DNA of 64,000 nt from Vulcanimicrobiota bacterium. GTDB lineage: Bacteria > Vulcanimicrobiota > Vulcanimicrobiia > Vulcanimicrobiales > Vulcanimicrobiaceae. The notes beneath the pieces are model-generated. The model made no database searches. It was given only the letters and a program-made list of their open reading frames with translations, and was not told the origin of the DNA. Where the stretch lies: positions 32,001-96,000 of the forward strand of contig CAWCIZ010000006.1 of the NCBI GenBank assembly GCA_963795855.1, written 5' to 3'. Made by a program: the position numbers and the translations under genes. Positions 32,974 to 41,736 of the stretch are shown here, in pieces (the first letter of the stretch is position 1; each line of letters begins with the position of its first letter).

Positions 32974-34190
32974 TCGCCCAAACGTTCGCGTTTGAACTCT
33001 TCGAGTTTGCGAATCAGCTCTTCGTCGATTCCCGCCGGCGCCGCGACCGTTTCTTCTTCGGCCACCACTTCTTCGACGACGGGCTCTTCGGTTTCGGGCA
33101 GCGTCTCCGTCTGCGCGTGCGCGCGTTCTGCGAGATACCGGTCGCGCGCCTCGGCGGCTTCGGTTTCGCTCGCGATGTCGAGCCGCCAGCCCGTCAATCG
33201 CGCTGCAAGACGCACGTTTTGACCTTCGCGCCCGATTGCAAGAGAGAGCTGATAATCCGGAACGACGACCAGTGCAACGCCGTCGTCCTCGAAGAGCTCG
33301 ACGTTGAGCACCTTCGCGGGCTGCAGCGCGTTCATGATGAACGCGACGTGATCCGGTTCGTAACGTATGACGTCGATTTTCTCGCCCCGCAGCTCGTCGG
33401 AAACGTTCGCGATGCGGCTGGATTTCGGTCCCAGACACGCACCGATCGGATCGATCTCCGCCCGGTTGCTTCGGACCGCGACCTTCGTTCTGCTGCCGGG
33501 CTCGCGCGCGATCGCCATGATTTCGACGAGGCCGTCTTGGATTTCGGGCACTTCAAACTCGAGCAATCGCTGCACCAGACCTTCGGCAGCGCGCGAGAGA
33601 ATCACGCTCGGGCCCTTCGGCGATTTGCGCACGTCGAGCACGTACGCCCGAATGAAGTCGTTGATGCGGAAGTTCTCGCGCGGCACTTGCTCGGAGAGCG
33701 GAAGCATCGCTTCGTCTTTTCCTTCGAGCAGCACGTACATGTTGCGCTGTTCGAAACGCTGCACCGTGCCCTTGACGATGTCGTTCAACTTCGCCGCGTA
33801 TTTGTTGTAGACGGTGTCGCGCTCCGCTTCCCGAATGCGCTGCACGATTACTTGCTTTGCCGTCTGCGCGGCGATGCGCCCGAAGTCTTTCGGCGTCACT
33901 TCTTCGTCGAAATAGTCGCCCACCTGATACTGCGAACCGGCGGCTTTCGGCGTCACTTCCAATTTCGGATCGCCGACTTCTTCCACGACGGTGCGGCGAT
34001 GGAAAACTTTGTATTCGCCGTTCTGACGGTCGACCGTCACGATCGCGTTGGCTTCGCTGCCGAAATGCCGCTTATAGGCGGTCAATAACGCCGCCTCGAG
34101 CGCCTCGATGAGCATCTCGAACGGAATATTCCGTTCTTTCGAGATGAACTGCAGGACGTCGATCAGCCGCTCTTCGGTTGCTTCAGGCAT
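32970..34190 (-). CDS. nusA: Transcription termination/antitermination factor NusA
   Basis: FGRIAAQTAKQVIVQRIREAER, AREPGSRTKVAV, SLAIGREGQNVRLAARLTGW. Confidence 0.97.
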   Translation of the reverse strand: MPEATEERLIDVLQFISKERNIPFEMLIEALEAALLTAYKRHFGSEANAIVTVDRQNGEYKVFHRRTVVEEVGDPKLEVTPKAAGSQYQVGDYFDEEVTPKDFGRIAAQTAKQVIVQRIREAERDTVYNKYAAKLNDIVKGTVQRFEQRNMYVLLEGKDEAMLPLSEQVPRENFRINDFIRAYVLDVRKSPKGPSVILSRAAEGLVQRLLEFEVPEIQDGLVEIMAIAREPGSRTKVAVRSNRAEIDPIGACLGPKSSRIANVSDELRGEKIDVIRYEPDHVAFIMNALQPAKVLNVELFEDDGVALVVVPDYQLSLAIGREGQNVRLAARLTGWRLDIASETEAAEARDRYLAERAHAQTETLPETEEPVVEEVVAEEETVAAPAGIDEELIRKLEEFKRERLGE

Positions 34191-34246
34191 GGTGTTTTCG
34201 TTCTTTCTTGTTTTTACAAGGCGTATCCGCGCTTCGCGCGGCGGTC

Positions 34247-34768
34247 TCAGGCATGACTTTTACGTTGCTTTTTGTCTCGCGTGAGATCGGACCGGATGTC
34301 GTATTCGAGGTTTGCGCGTTCGATGGTAGCGAGCGGGAGCGGCAATTCGCCTTTGCCCGTCTCCAGTATCACGTTCGTGCCGCGAACGCCGCGCAGAACG
34401 CCCCGATGCGTTTTCCCGCCCTGCACGAGCAGCGACGTAACGATTTTGGCGTCCCGTCCCGCGAAGCGTTCGTAATCGCCGGGCTTTGTCAGCGGGCGGT
34501 TCAAGCCTGCGGATTCGACTTCGAGCGTGTACGGTTCGTCGCACGTTTCGAGCCGCGCGTTGACCGCGCCCGCGACGCGTTCGCACGTTGCAACGTCGAC
34601 GCCGCCGTCGCGATCGATCGTTATCGAAAGCGCGGTCATGCGCCGTCCGCCGCGCGCGCTGTGCTGCACCACTTCGACGCCGGAGAAACGCGAATCGTGC
34701 ACGATATCGTCTATCGCGCGCTCGAACGCGTGAGTCAAAGGCCCGGCGGCCCCTCTCCGATTCTGCAT
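34247..34768 (-). CDS. rimP: Ribosome maturation factor RimP
   Basis: GGVDVATCERV, YTLEVESAGLNRPL; first gene of the nusA-infB operon. Confidence 0.93.
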   Translation of the reverse strand: MQNRRGAAGPLTHAFERAIDDIVHDSRFSGVEVVQHSARGGRRMTALSITIDRDGGVDVATCERVAGAVNARLETCDEPYTLEVESAGLNRPLTKPGDYERFAGRDAKIVTSLLVQGGKTHRGVLRGVRGTNVILETGKGELPLPLATIERANLEYDIRSDLTRDKKQRKSHA

Positions 34769-34786
34769 GTGCCCCTATCAACAACG

Positions 34787-34809
34787 AAGCGCGGGACCTG
34801 CCCACGCTC
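34787..34809 (-). promoter_or_regulatory. rimP-leader-like hairpin
   Basis: Minus strand GAGCGUGGG-CAGGU-CCCGCGCUU just upstream of the rimP RBS; resembles the conserved GUGGG/CCCAC rimP leader stem. Confidence 0.6.
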
Positions 34810-34827
34810 GTACGACTACCGCACCTA

Positions 34828-34856
34828 AGAATACCCGAACATACGACGGGCCGCAA
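34828..34856 (-). promoter_or_regulatory. Putative sigma70 promoter of the rimP operon
   Basis: TTGCGG-N17-TATTCT on the minus strand. Confidence 0.5.
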
Positions 34857-35048
34857 CCCCAAGTGGGTGCGGCCCCTCGATCCTATTCAATCGCTTTTTG
34901 AGCGCGCACGAACCGGTTACGTCCGGCTGCCGCTGAGCGCTTGCCTAGCGCTCTTATCTGGCGCGCCCGTTTGGGCTTCGGTAGCCCGGTGGATCTTGCG
35001 GTTCCAACCGCCCTCCTTATGTCAGACGCTCAAAGTCTCTCGTGAGAC
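34840..35048 (-). ncRNA. Candidate structured non-coding RNA (~200 nt), family not recognised
   Basis: Own promoter; 5' hairpin; 9-bp closing stem 35026-35034/34897-34905 enclosing at least four hairpins; terminal GGGCCGCA/TGCGGCCC hairpin. Confidence 0.55.
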
Positions 35049-35054
35049 AGCTCG

Positions 35055-35083
35055 ATTGTACGACTACGCGAGCAGCTCTACAA
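35055..35083 (-). promoter_or_regulatory. Putative sigma70 promoter driving the candidate ncRNA
   Basis: TTGTAG-N17-TACAAT on the minus strand; G at 35048 is 7 nt downstream of the -10. Confidence 0.6.
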
Positions 35084-35100
35084 GAAGCTGGCGTCACCAC

Positions 35101-36291
35101 TCATGGGCCACTGGTGGGCAGGGGAGAGGGTGGTGAGAACGGTGCCAAGCGCCCCGCGCAAATAAACGATTCGTTGGGCTCGATAATCCATTTTTGGTTT
35201 CCCGCGATCGGCGAACGCAGCACCCAACCGGTACACCAGTTGATGAAGCCGATGCGTTTGACCGACGTGACGTACATCTTCACGTACCGCTCTTCAGGCG
35301 CCGTACCGAGCCACGACTGCTTCCAACGTTGGGAAGCAACGTTCTCGACGTACAGGAACTTCGTTGCCGCGATGACGTCGGCGGGCGGCGTGGGCTCCGG
35401 CTGCGGCGTCGGCAAAATGCTGCCCATCGCGTAATGCTTCGGCGGCGCAGGCGATATCGACGGCGACGCGGTCGGGATGAGACTTCGCAGGCGCTCGTTC
35501 AAGCTTGGATGATGCTTCTTGCTCGGGACGGGGCCCGGCGCCGGCGCCGTCACCGGAACGGGCGCGGGCCGCGAAGCAGCGGTCACCTTAACGGGCGCGA
35601 CGGCGCGCGGGCCGGCAGAGCCGATGGGCTTCGGCCCGGGCGTGGCCGCCACACCGTGCTGGACGGTACGCACCGCAATCTTCACTTGGGAGGCTATGCC
35701 CGGCGTTGACAGGGGGACCGGCGAGGGTGCTTGAGCCGCGATCGGCGCCGCCGTCACCTGTATGACCGAAGGCGCGGGCTCGGGCGTGCGCGGGGTCGGC
35801 GTGGGCGGCACTTTCACCGCGACCGACACAGCCGCGGCCGGAGCGCTCGTCGGCACTTGCTGCGGGAGCGGCGCAGCCGTCACGGCGATGACGGCTTGCG
35901 TCGGAACCGGTTTCGGCGCCGGCGTTCGAAGCGGTGGAGGCGTTGGATTCGGAGGCGCGGTGGGCGCGAACTTCGAGAGCTCGTGTACGACGCGCGGTTG
36001 CGGCACAGCTTGCCGCTGCGGTGCGGGTTGCGCAGCTTTCGCCGACCGCGCCGGCGCGCTCGAGGATACCGGCCGTGCGCTTATCGTCATGATGACGGCG
36101 CCGCTGACCGATTCCGACGCCTGTTGCGACGAAGACGTCGCGATCGAAAACACGAGCAGCGCGAGCAGCGCATGCACTATCAGCGAGGCCACAAAACTGC
36201 CCGCCGTACGTTCCGGACGGTGCCGGTCGAGTGGGTCGCGTCTCAAACGCAGGACCCTTCGGGAGCTCTCGCGCACGAGCCTTGAGCCCAT
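35101..36291 (-). CDS. Hypothetical membrane-anchored Pro/Ala-rich protein
   Basis: TonB-like anchor helix (SLIVHALLALLVF), long Pro/Ala/Thr linker, ~85-aa C-terminal globular part with Trp and two Cys; start probably somewhat downstream of 36291. Confidence 0.7.
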   Translation of the reverse strand: MGSRLVRESSRRVLRLRRDPLDRHRPERTAGSFVASLIVHALLALLVFSIATSSSQQASESVSGAVIMTISARPVSSSAPARSAKAAQPAPQRQAVPQPRVVHELSKFAPTAPPNPTPPPLRTPAPKPVPTQAVIAVTAAPLPQQVPTSAPAAAVSVAVKVPPTPTPRTPEPAPSVIQVTAAPIAAQAPSPVPLSTPGIASQVKIAVRTVQHGVAATPGPKPIGSAGPRAVAPVKVTAASRPAPVPVTAPAPGPVPSKKHHPSLNERLRSLIPTASPSISPAPPKHYAMGSILPTPQPEPTPPADVIAATKFLYVENVASQRWKQSWLGTAPEERYVKMYVTSVKRIGFINWCTGWVLRSPIAGNQKWIIEPNESFICAGRLAPFSPPSPLPTSGP

Positions 36292-37720
36292 GGAAAAAAT
36301 TCAAAAACGCACGAAAATCGTCGCGACGCTCGGACCTGCGTCGCGCGATCCCGAGATGATTCGTTCGCTCGTTCTCTCCGGCGCAAACGTATTTCGTTTG
36401 AACTTCTCACACGGTTCGCCGAAAGAACACAGCGAGACGATCGACGCGATTCGGAAGGTCGCCAAAGACCTCGATCAGCACATTGCCGTTCTTCAGGATC
36501 TGCCGGGGCCGAAGGTGCGAACCGGCAAGTTCGCAGACGGGCAAACGTCAATCGTTCTTGAGCGCGGCAAAGCTTTCCAGCTGACGACGCAGGATACCGC
36601 GGGCACTCCCGAGCGCGTAGCCGTTTCCTATCACGATCTCCCGGCGGACGTCGCCGTCGGTAAGCGGCTGTATCTGCAGGACGGCGCGATCACGCTTCGC
36701 ATCCTCGACAAGAGCGCGACGGAAATCAACACGGTGGTCGAAGTCGGCGGAGAGCTTCGACCCCAGCAGGGCATCAATTATCCCGACGGCACGCTGAACG
36801 TCTCCGCGGTATCCGACCGTGACCTCGAACTGCTCGCTTTCGGCCTGGAAAAAGACGTCGACTACGTCGCGGTCTCATTCGTGCGCAGCGCCGACGATAT
36901 CCACCGCGTCAAGCAGTTCATGCGCGAACGCGGCAAGGCGCCGCACGTTCTTGCGAAGATCGAAAAACACGAGGCTTTGGACGACATCGACAATATCGTC
37001 GCCGCCGCCGACGGAATCATGGTCGCGCGCGGGGATTTGGGTATCGAAGTCCCGCTCGAGCAAGTGCCGATGATTCAGAAAGACTTGATCGCTCGGTGCA
37101 ATCGCGCGAGCAAACCCGTCGTGACGGCGACGCAGATGCTCGAGTCGATGACGTTCAACTCGCGCCCGACGCGCGCCGAGACCACCGACGTCGCGAACGC
37201 AATCCTGGACGGCACCGACGCCGTCATGCTTTCCGGAGAAACGGCGCGCGGCCAATACCCGATGGAAGCGGTGCGCGTCATGGCCGAAATCGCGCGCGAA
37301 GTCGAAAAACAGTACCCGCATGAAGTGCTGCAGCTGCGCCGGCTGGAAGGCGCCACCCGCGACATCGCGACGTCGATCGCAGAGGCGGCGACCCGCTCTA
37401 GCGCGGAGTTGCGGCTGCCGTACATCGTCACCGGAACGACGACCGGCAACGCCGCGCATCATATCTCCGCGTTTCGGCCGAAAGCGCAGATTATCGCGCT
37501 TACGCCGATGCCGGAAGTCGCGCGCCGGCTCGCGCTCCTTTGGGGCATCGAATCCATTCTGATCGAGCGCTACGCCTCGATAGACGTGCTGCTCCATATC
37601 ATGGAGCAGCGAATGTTGGCCGAAGGGCTGGCGGACCGCGGCGATTGCGTCGCGTTCACCACCGGTATGCCCGTCGGCGGCGGCGGCACGAATCTGCTCA
37701 AGATTCACGAGATTGCTTAA
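36290..37720 (+). CDS. pyk: Pyruvate kinase
   Basis: RTKIVATLGPAS, RLNFSHG, KIEK, MVARGDLG, TATQMLESM, PTRAE, DAVMLSGETA. Confidence 0.97.
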   Translation: MEKIQKRTKIVATLGPASRDPEMIRSLVLSGANVFRLNFSHGSPKEHSETIDAIRKVAKDLDQHIAVLQDLPGPKVRTGKFADGQTSIVLERGKAFQLTTQDTAGTPERVAVSYHDLPADVAVGKRLYLQDGAITLRILDKSATEINTVVEVGGELRPQQGINYPDGTLNVSAVSDRDLELLAFGLEKDVDYVAVSFVRSADDIHRVKQFMRERGKAPHVLAKIEKHEALDDIDNIVAAADGIMVARGDLGIEVPLEQVPMIQKDLIARCNRASKPVVTATQMLESMTFNSRPTRAETTDVANAILDGTDAVMLSGETARGQYPMEAVRVMAEIAREVEKQYPHEVLQLRRLEGATRDIATSIAEAATRSSAELRLPYIVTGTTTGNAAHHISAFRPKAQIIALTPMPEVARRLALLWGIESILIERYASIDVLLHIMEQRMLAEGLADRGDCVAFTTGMPVGGGGTNLLKIHEIA

Positions 37721-37753
37721 CGGTAAAGGACCGCTCACAGCGAAACAGCGCGT

Positions 37754-38533
37754 ATGGATGCGATCGAAATTGAAGCCAACGTTCTTCCGCGGCTGACGCG
37801 CACAGCGTGGACCGAACCGTGGCGTATGCCGGCCCACGAACATTCCGATGCACGGCTCGTCGTTACGCTGTCCGGTTCATTCCGCGAATGCTATGACGGA
37901 AAGACTCATCAGTGCAGTCCCGGCACGCTGATCTCTAGACCTCCCGCTCAGAGGCACAGCGAGGAATTCACGACCGCCGCAGGTTCGTACGTCAGCGTGG
38001 CGCTTCCAAACGAGTGGCTCGCTTCGCACGTCGCCTCGCTCGGAACTTTGAACCTTGCCTCGCCGATTCGAAATGCAAGAATTTACGATATGGGCCGCTC
38101 CTTACTGATGGAAACTCGGCACGGCGACAACTGGGCATTGCTCTCGCTGCAAGGGCTGACGCTGCAGCTGCTCGCCGAGCTCGGGCGGTTCCGTCTGAAA
38201 GATCAAGCAAAGATGCCGGAGCGGATCGATCGCGTCTGCGAGGCGATCCGATCGCAACCGCCGGATCGCTCCTCGCTCGAATCGCTTGCTGCACTGGCCG
38301 GACTGCATCCGGCGCACCTTTCACGAGCGTTCAGAACGCACATGGGTATGACGCTCGGTTCCTATGCGCGGCTGCAACGTGTCGAATTCGCCCGCCACCT
38401 CCTCCAAACAACGGCAAAACCGCTCGCAGAGATTTCGGCGGAAGCCGGGTTTTTCGATCAGTCACACCTCTCCCGGACCTTCAAGCGCGCGTACGGCGTG
38501 ACGCCATCGGCATACCGCGCCTCCAAACGCTAA
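37754..38533 (+). CDS. AraC-family transcriptional regulator (cupin + double HTH)
   Basis: PAHEH cupin; HPAHLSRAFR; AGFFDQSHLSRTFKRAYGVTPSAYR. Confidence 0.92.
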   Translation: MDAIEIEANVLPRLTRTAWTEPWRMPAHEHSDARLVVTLSGSFRECYDGKTHQCSPGTLISRPPAQRHSEEFTTAAGSYVSVALPNEWLASHVASLGTLNLASPIRNARIYDMGRSLLMETRHGDNWALLSLQGLTLQLLAELGRFRLKDQAKMPERIDRVCEAIRSQPPDRSSLESLAALAGLHPAHLSRAFRTHMGMTLGSYARLQRVEFARHLLQTTAKPLAEISAEAGFFDQSHLSRTFKRAYGVTPSAYRASKR

Positions 38534-38594
38534 TCTGGTACTAAAGCTGCGCTGGGTGCTAGACGCGCACGCCGGCATGGCCGAACATTAAGCG

Positions 38595-40364
38595 ATGCGC
38601 TTTGTACGTCTCTTGCAATTTTTCGTCGCATTCGGCGCTGTCTTGGCGACCGTTGCCGCGGCCGTGCGGCCCGCCCCGCAGCGGCCTGCATTTTCGTGCG
38701 CTTACCAAAGAGGTTCGGTAAGGAGCATATCGCTGGCCGGCGAGGCCGTCGTCGATGGACTCAGCCAACGGTTCAGTGAAACGTTCGATATCGACGACGG
38801 GCGGTACAAACGGTCGTGGCGCTCGGCGATGACGCCCCTGCGGGGCGGCGAAGGGTTCGACGGCTCGCACTGGTGGACGCAAGATCTTTCCGGCGCCTCG
38901 CACGATCTGAATGCCCCCGATGCGCGTGCGCTGGCAGCGAGCATTGCGTGGCTAAATGCTCAGATGTGGTGCTCGGCGCGGGCCGACGGTACGCTGCGCA
39001 TTACGCCGCCCGGCGGCGCGCCAGCGCTCGTATCGATCTCGAAACACCGAATATTCCGTGTCGCTCTTCAACTGCCTGAAGAACGCGAAATCGAAACGTA
39101 TTCCAACTGGCGAAACGTCCGCGGCATACTGGTTCCGCTGACGCGACATGTCGACTATCCGGAGGACGACGAACACGAGACTTGGGCAGCCGTGCGCGTC
39201 TTCGCGTCTTCCGCGCGACCTGCATCCGCCGTTTTTGCGAGACCGCCGACCGCGCACGATTCCGGCATTGAAAACGCCGCGACGAGTGCGGAAGTGCCGC
39301 TGCACATCATACACGACAAGCCGAGAATATCGGTCGCACTCAACGCGCGCGGTCCTTTTACCTACGTCCTGGATTCCGGCGGCCATTTCATCGCTACGCC
39401 GGCAACGGCACGCGCCGTCGGCGTGCAAGGCGTCGGAACGGCAAGCGAAACCGGTCAGGGAAGCGCCATTCTCCCAACTCGATTTGCGCGAATAACGCAG
39501 GTCCGCATCGGTCGTGCGTTCATGCGCGGGCAAGTTGCAAAAATCGTGCCGTATTCGCCGTCTCGACTGGAGCGCGAGTCTTTGCCTAGCGCCACGGGTT
39601 GGCTGGGCCTCGAAACGTTCGAGCGATTCCAGGTATCGTTCGATCCGCATCGCGGCGTACTCAGCCTAGCGCCTTTTTCCCGTACGGCGCGCCCGCGAGG
39701 CGTGCGCATTCCCCTCCTGTTTGACGAGGACGCGCCCCTTGCGGCTTGTACGGTAAACGGACGCGCTGGACTTTGTATGATCGATACGGGCAACGGCGGC
39801 AACACGATCGTCGAGGGAAACTGGGCCCGGAAAAATGGTCTTGAAGCCGCGATGAAGCGCGGCATTGCGGTCGGCGACGACACGTGGGTTTCGCGGGCCC
39901 GCATCGCAATCGGTCCGCTCAAATTCCCGGACGAACTGGTCGAGTATTCACCGCCCGCCGTGCGCGGATCTGAGTCGACCACGACCGTCGCCGCGATCCT
40001 AAGCGAAGACCTTCTGCGCCGGTACGTGCTCACGCTCGATTATTCTCGGTACGCGGCTTGGTTTGAGCGCATTCCGAACGCGAAAGCGGAGGCGTTCAAT
40101 CGAACGGGACTCGAGGCAGTGAAACAATCTGACGGCACGTTTCGAATTACGTTCGTCATCGCCGGATCGCCGGCCGCCTCGGCGGGAATTCGCGGCGGCG
40201 ACGACATTACAGCGATTGACGGAACGCCCAGCCGGAATATTTCGTCAGCGCAATTTTTTGCGTTGAACCGCGCACCGCCCGGTTCGCTCGCGACGTTCGC
40301 CGTCAGGCGGCTCGGGCGAGAACTCCCGCACCAGATCCGGCTTCGCCTTCGAAACCTGCTGTAA
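38595..40364 (+). CDS. Secreted tandem retropepsin-like aspartyl protease with C-terminal PDZ
   Basis: Signal peptide; two catalytic motifs VLDSGG and MIDTGN; PDZ pattern GSPAASAGIRGGDDITAIDG. Confidence 0.82.
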   Translation: MRFVRLLQFFVAFGAVLATVAAAVRPAPQRPAFSCAYQRGSVRSISLAGEAVVDGLSQRFSETFDIDDGRYKRSWRSAMTPLRGGEGFDGSHWWTQDLSGASHDLNAPDARALAASIAWLNAQMWCSARADGTLRITPPGGAPALVSISKHRIFRVALQLPEEREIETYSNWRNVRGILVPLTRHVDYPEDDEHETWAAVRVFASSARPASAVFARPPTAHDSGIENAATSAEVPLHIIHDKPRISVALNARGPFTYVLDSGGHFIATPATARAVGVQGVGTASETGQGSAILPTRFARITQVRIGRAFMRGQVAKIVPYSPSRLERESLPSATGWLGLETFERFQVSFDPHRGVLSLAPFSRTARPRGVRIPLLFDEDAPLAACTVNGRAGLCMIDTGNGGNTIVEGNWARKNGLEAAMKRGIAVGDDTWVSRARIAIGPLKFPDELVEYSPPAVRGSESTTTVAAILSEDLLRRYVLTLDYSRYAAWFERIPNAKAEAFNRTGLEAVKQSDGTFRITFVIAGSPAASAGIRGGDDITAIDGTPSRNISSAQFFALNRAPPGSLATFAVRRLGRELPHQIRLRLRNLL

Positions 40365-40368
40365 ACCG

Positions 40369-41163
40369 CTAGGGCCGCGTAATCACGCGCAGCGTATTGG
40401 TCGGCGACGTGTCCGGCGCGTGGAGGTTTCGTTCGGGGACCCAGACACCGCCCATTGCGTGCTCGATGTTTCGAATCTCCGGCACGCTCAGTTCGGGACC
40501 TTCCGCCGCCTGCATGACTTGATCGCCGTTGCGCCACGCGAAATTTTCGTGCTTCGCGATAATCGGTTTGCCGTCGCGGCCGATGCCGAGCGGAGTAAAC
40601 AGGTACTTCGGCGGTTTTTGCGCGGTCGCATCGTACCGGTCCGCCAGCAGAACGAACGTGCGGCCGCCGCTGCGCCGATAGGAAAACGCCACTTCGACGG
40701 GGCCTTTGCTCCATGTCTGCGTATGTTTGTCGAATATTCCCGTGGGCGTCGTCATGATTTCCGATCTAACGGCGTCGCTCGGTAAACCCGACGGCGCAAC
40801 GATTGTAAACGAAACCCGAGATTGCGCGTCGGCAAGCGTCTTTGCCGTTTCGGATTTGAGTTGTGCGAGTTCGCTCTTCGGCGGAGCGGGGGGCGCAATG
40901 CCCCCGAGCGCCTGCACCGCTGCGCGGTAGCGCGCTTCCAGGCTCTGAACGAGCGCCGGCGAGATCAGCGGAAGTCCGCACAACAGCACGGCCGCGACGC
41001 CTGCCGCCGCTGTAACGGGAATGCGTCTGTGCGGCGACCGCAGCGGCCCAGCAAACGTCCTGGCTTGCATGCGCCGGTGAATGCTCGCCATCGGCACCGG
41101 CGGAGCGTCGATCGCGCGCAGCATTCCGCGTACGCCGACTTGGATTTTCGAATCAATGGACAT
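40369..41163 (-). CDS. Putative membrane-anchored anti-sigma factor
   Basis: Overlaps the ECF sigma stop; short cytoplasmic N-terminus, one TM helix, extracytoplasmic domain; GGAG RBS. Confidence 0.6.
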   Translation of the reverse strand: MSIDSKIQVGVRGMLRAIDAPPVPMASIHRRMQARTFAGPLRSPHRRIPVTAAAGVAAVLLCGLPLISPALVQSLEARYRAAVQALGGIAPPAPPKSELAQLKSETAKTLADAQSRVSFTIVAPSGLPSDAVRSEIMTTPTGIFDKHTQTWSKGPVEVAFSYRRSGGRTFVLLADRYDATAQKPPKYLFTPLGIGRDGKPIIAKHENFAWRNGDQVMQAAEGPELSVPEIRNIEHAMGGVWVPERNLHAPDTSPTNTLRVITRP

Positions 41164-41698
41164 CAGGTGCAATCTCCTCTCGCGCTGCGATGGATGCATC
41201 ATTCGAGAGCGCTTTACGCAGCGTGCGGCGCGCAAGCATCAAATGAAAACGAATCGTCGATGCCGGCTGGCCGGTCGCAGCGGCAATTTCGCTGCTGCTA
41301 AAGCCCGCGTAGTAGTGCAGCACGATCGCCGCACGCTGGATGACCGGGAGCGAGGCCATGGCCTCGTACAAGTCGAGCGCCTCGCTCGTGTCGAAGTTTG
41401 CCGCTCGTTCCACAGCTGCGTCGAGGGTCTCGAAGCGTTTGCGACGCCGGACGGCGTCTATTGCGTGGCGCGCCGCTATCCTGCTGCTCCACGAGACGAA
41501 GCCGCCCGAATCGTTCAACTGCGAGAGCGACGCGGCAATCCGTGCGCAAGCGTCTTGCGCGGCATCCTCCGCGAGGCCGCGATCCCGCACGATGGCGAAC
41601 GCGATGCGATACGCTTCCGGCCACACCGCCGTAATCAACGCTTCGAGCGCTGCGCCGCCGCCCCGAGCCTCGTCGACCAGCCGTCTATCGATGAGCAT
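41153..41698 (-). CDS. ECF RNA polymerase sigma-70 factor
   Basis: AEDAAQDA (region 2), LPVIQRAAIVLHYYAGFSSSEIA...STIRFHL (region 4). Confidence 0.9.
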   Translation of the reverse strand: MLIDRRLVDEARGGGAALEALITAVWPEAYRIAFAIVRDRGLAEDAAQDACARIAASLSQLNDSGGFVSWSSRIAARHAIDAVRRRKRFETLDAAVERAANFDTSEALDLYEAMASLPVIQRAAIVLHYYAGFSSSEIAAATGQPASTIRFHLMLARRTLRKALSNDASIAAREEIAPDVH

Positions 41699-41736
41699 TC
41701 CGTAATAAAGACGGAACGAACGTCCCCAAGTGTTGG

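Noticed and set aside
34995..35020. T-box-like GGUUGGAACCGC in the candidate ncRNA
   Set aside because: It lies near the predicted 5' end with no room for Stem I, forms its own hairpin, and no synthetase or amino-acid gene follows.
35762..36289. 176-aa N-terminal extension of pyruvate kinase in the ORF track
   Set aside because: It is the antisense of the Pro-rich gene; the Pyk fold begins at MEKIQKRTKIV (36290).
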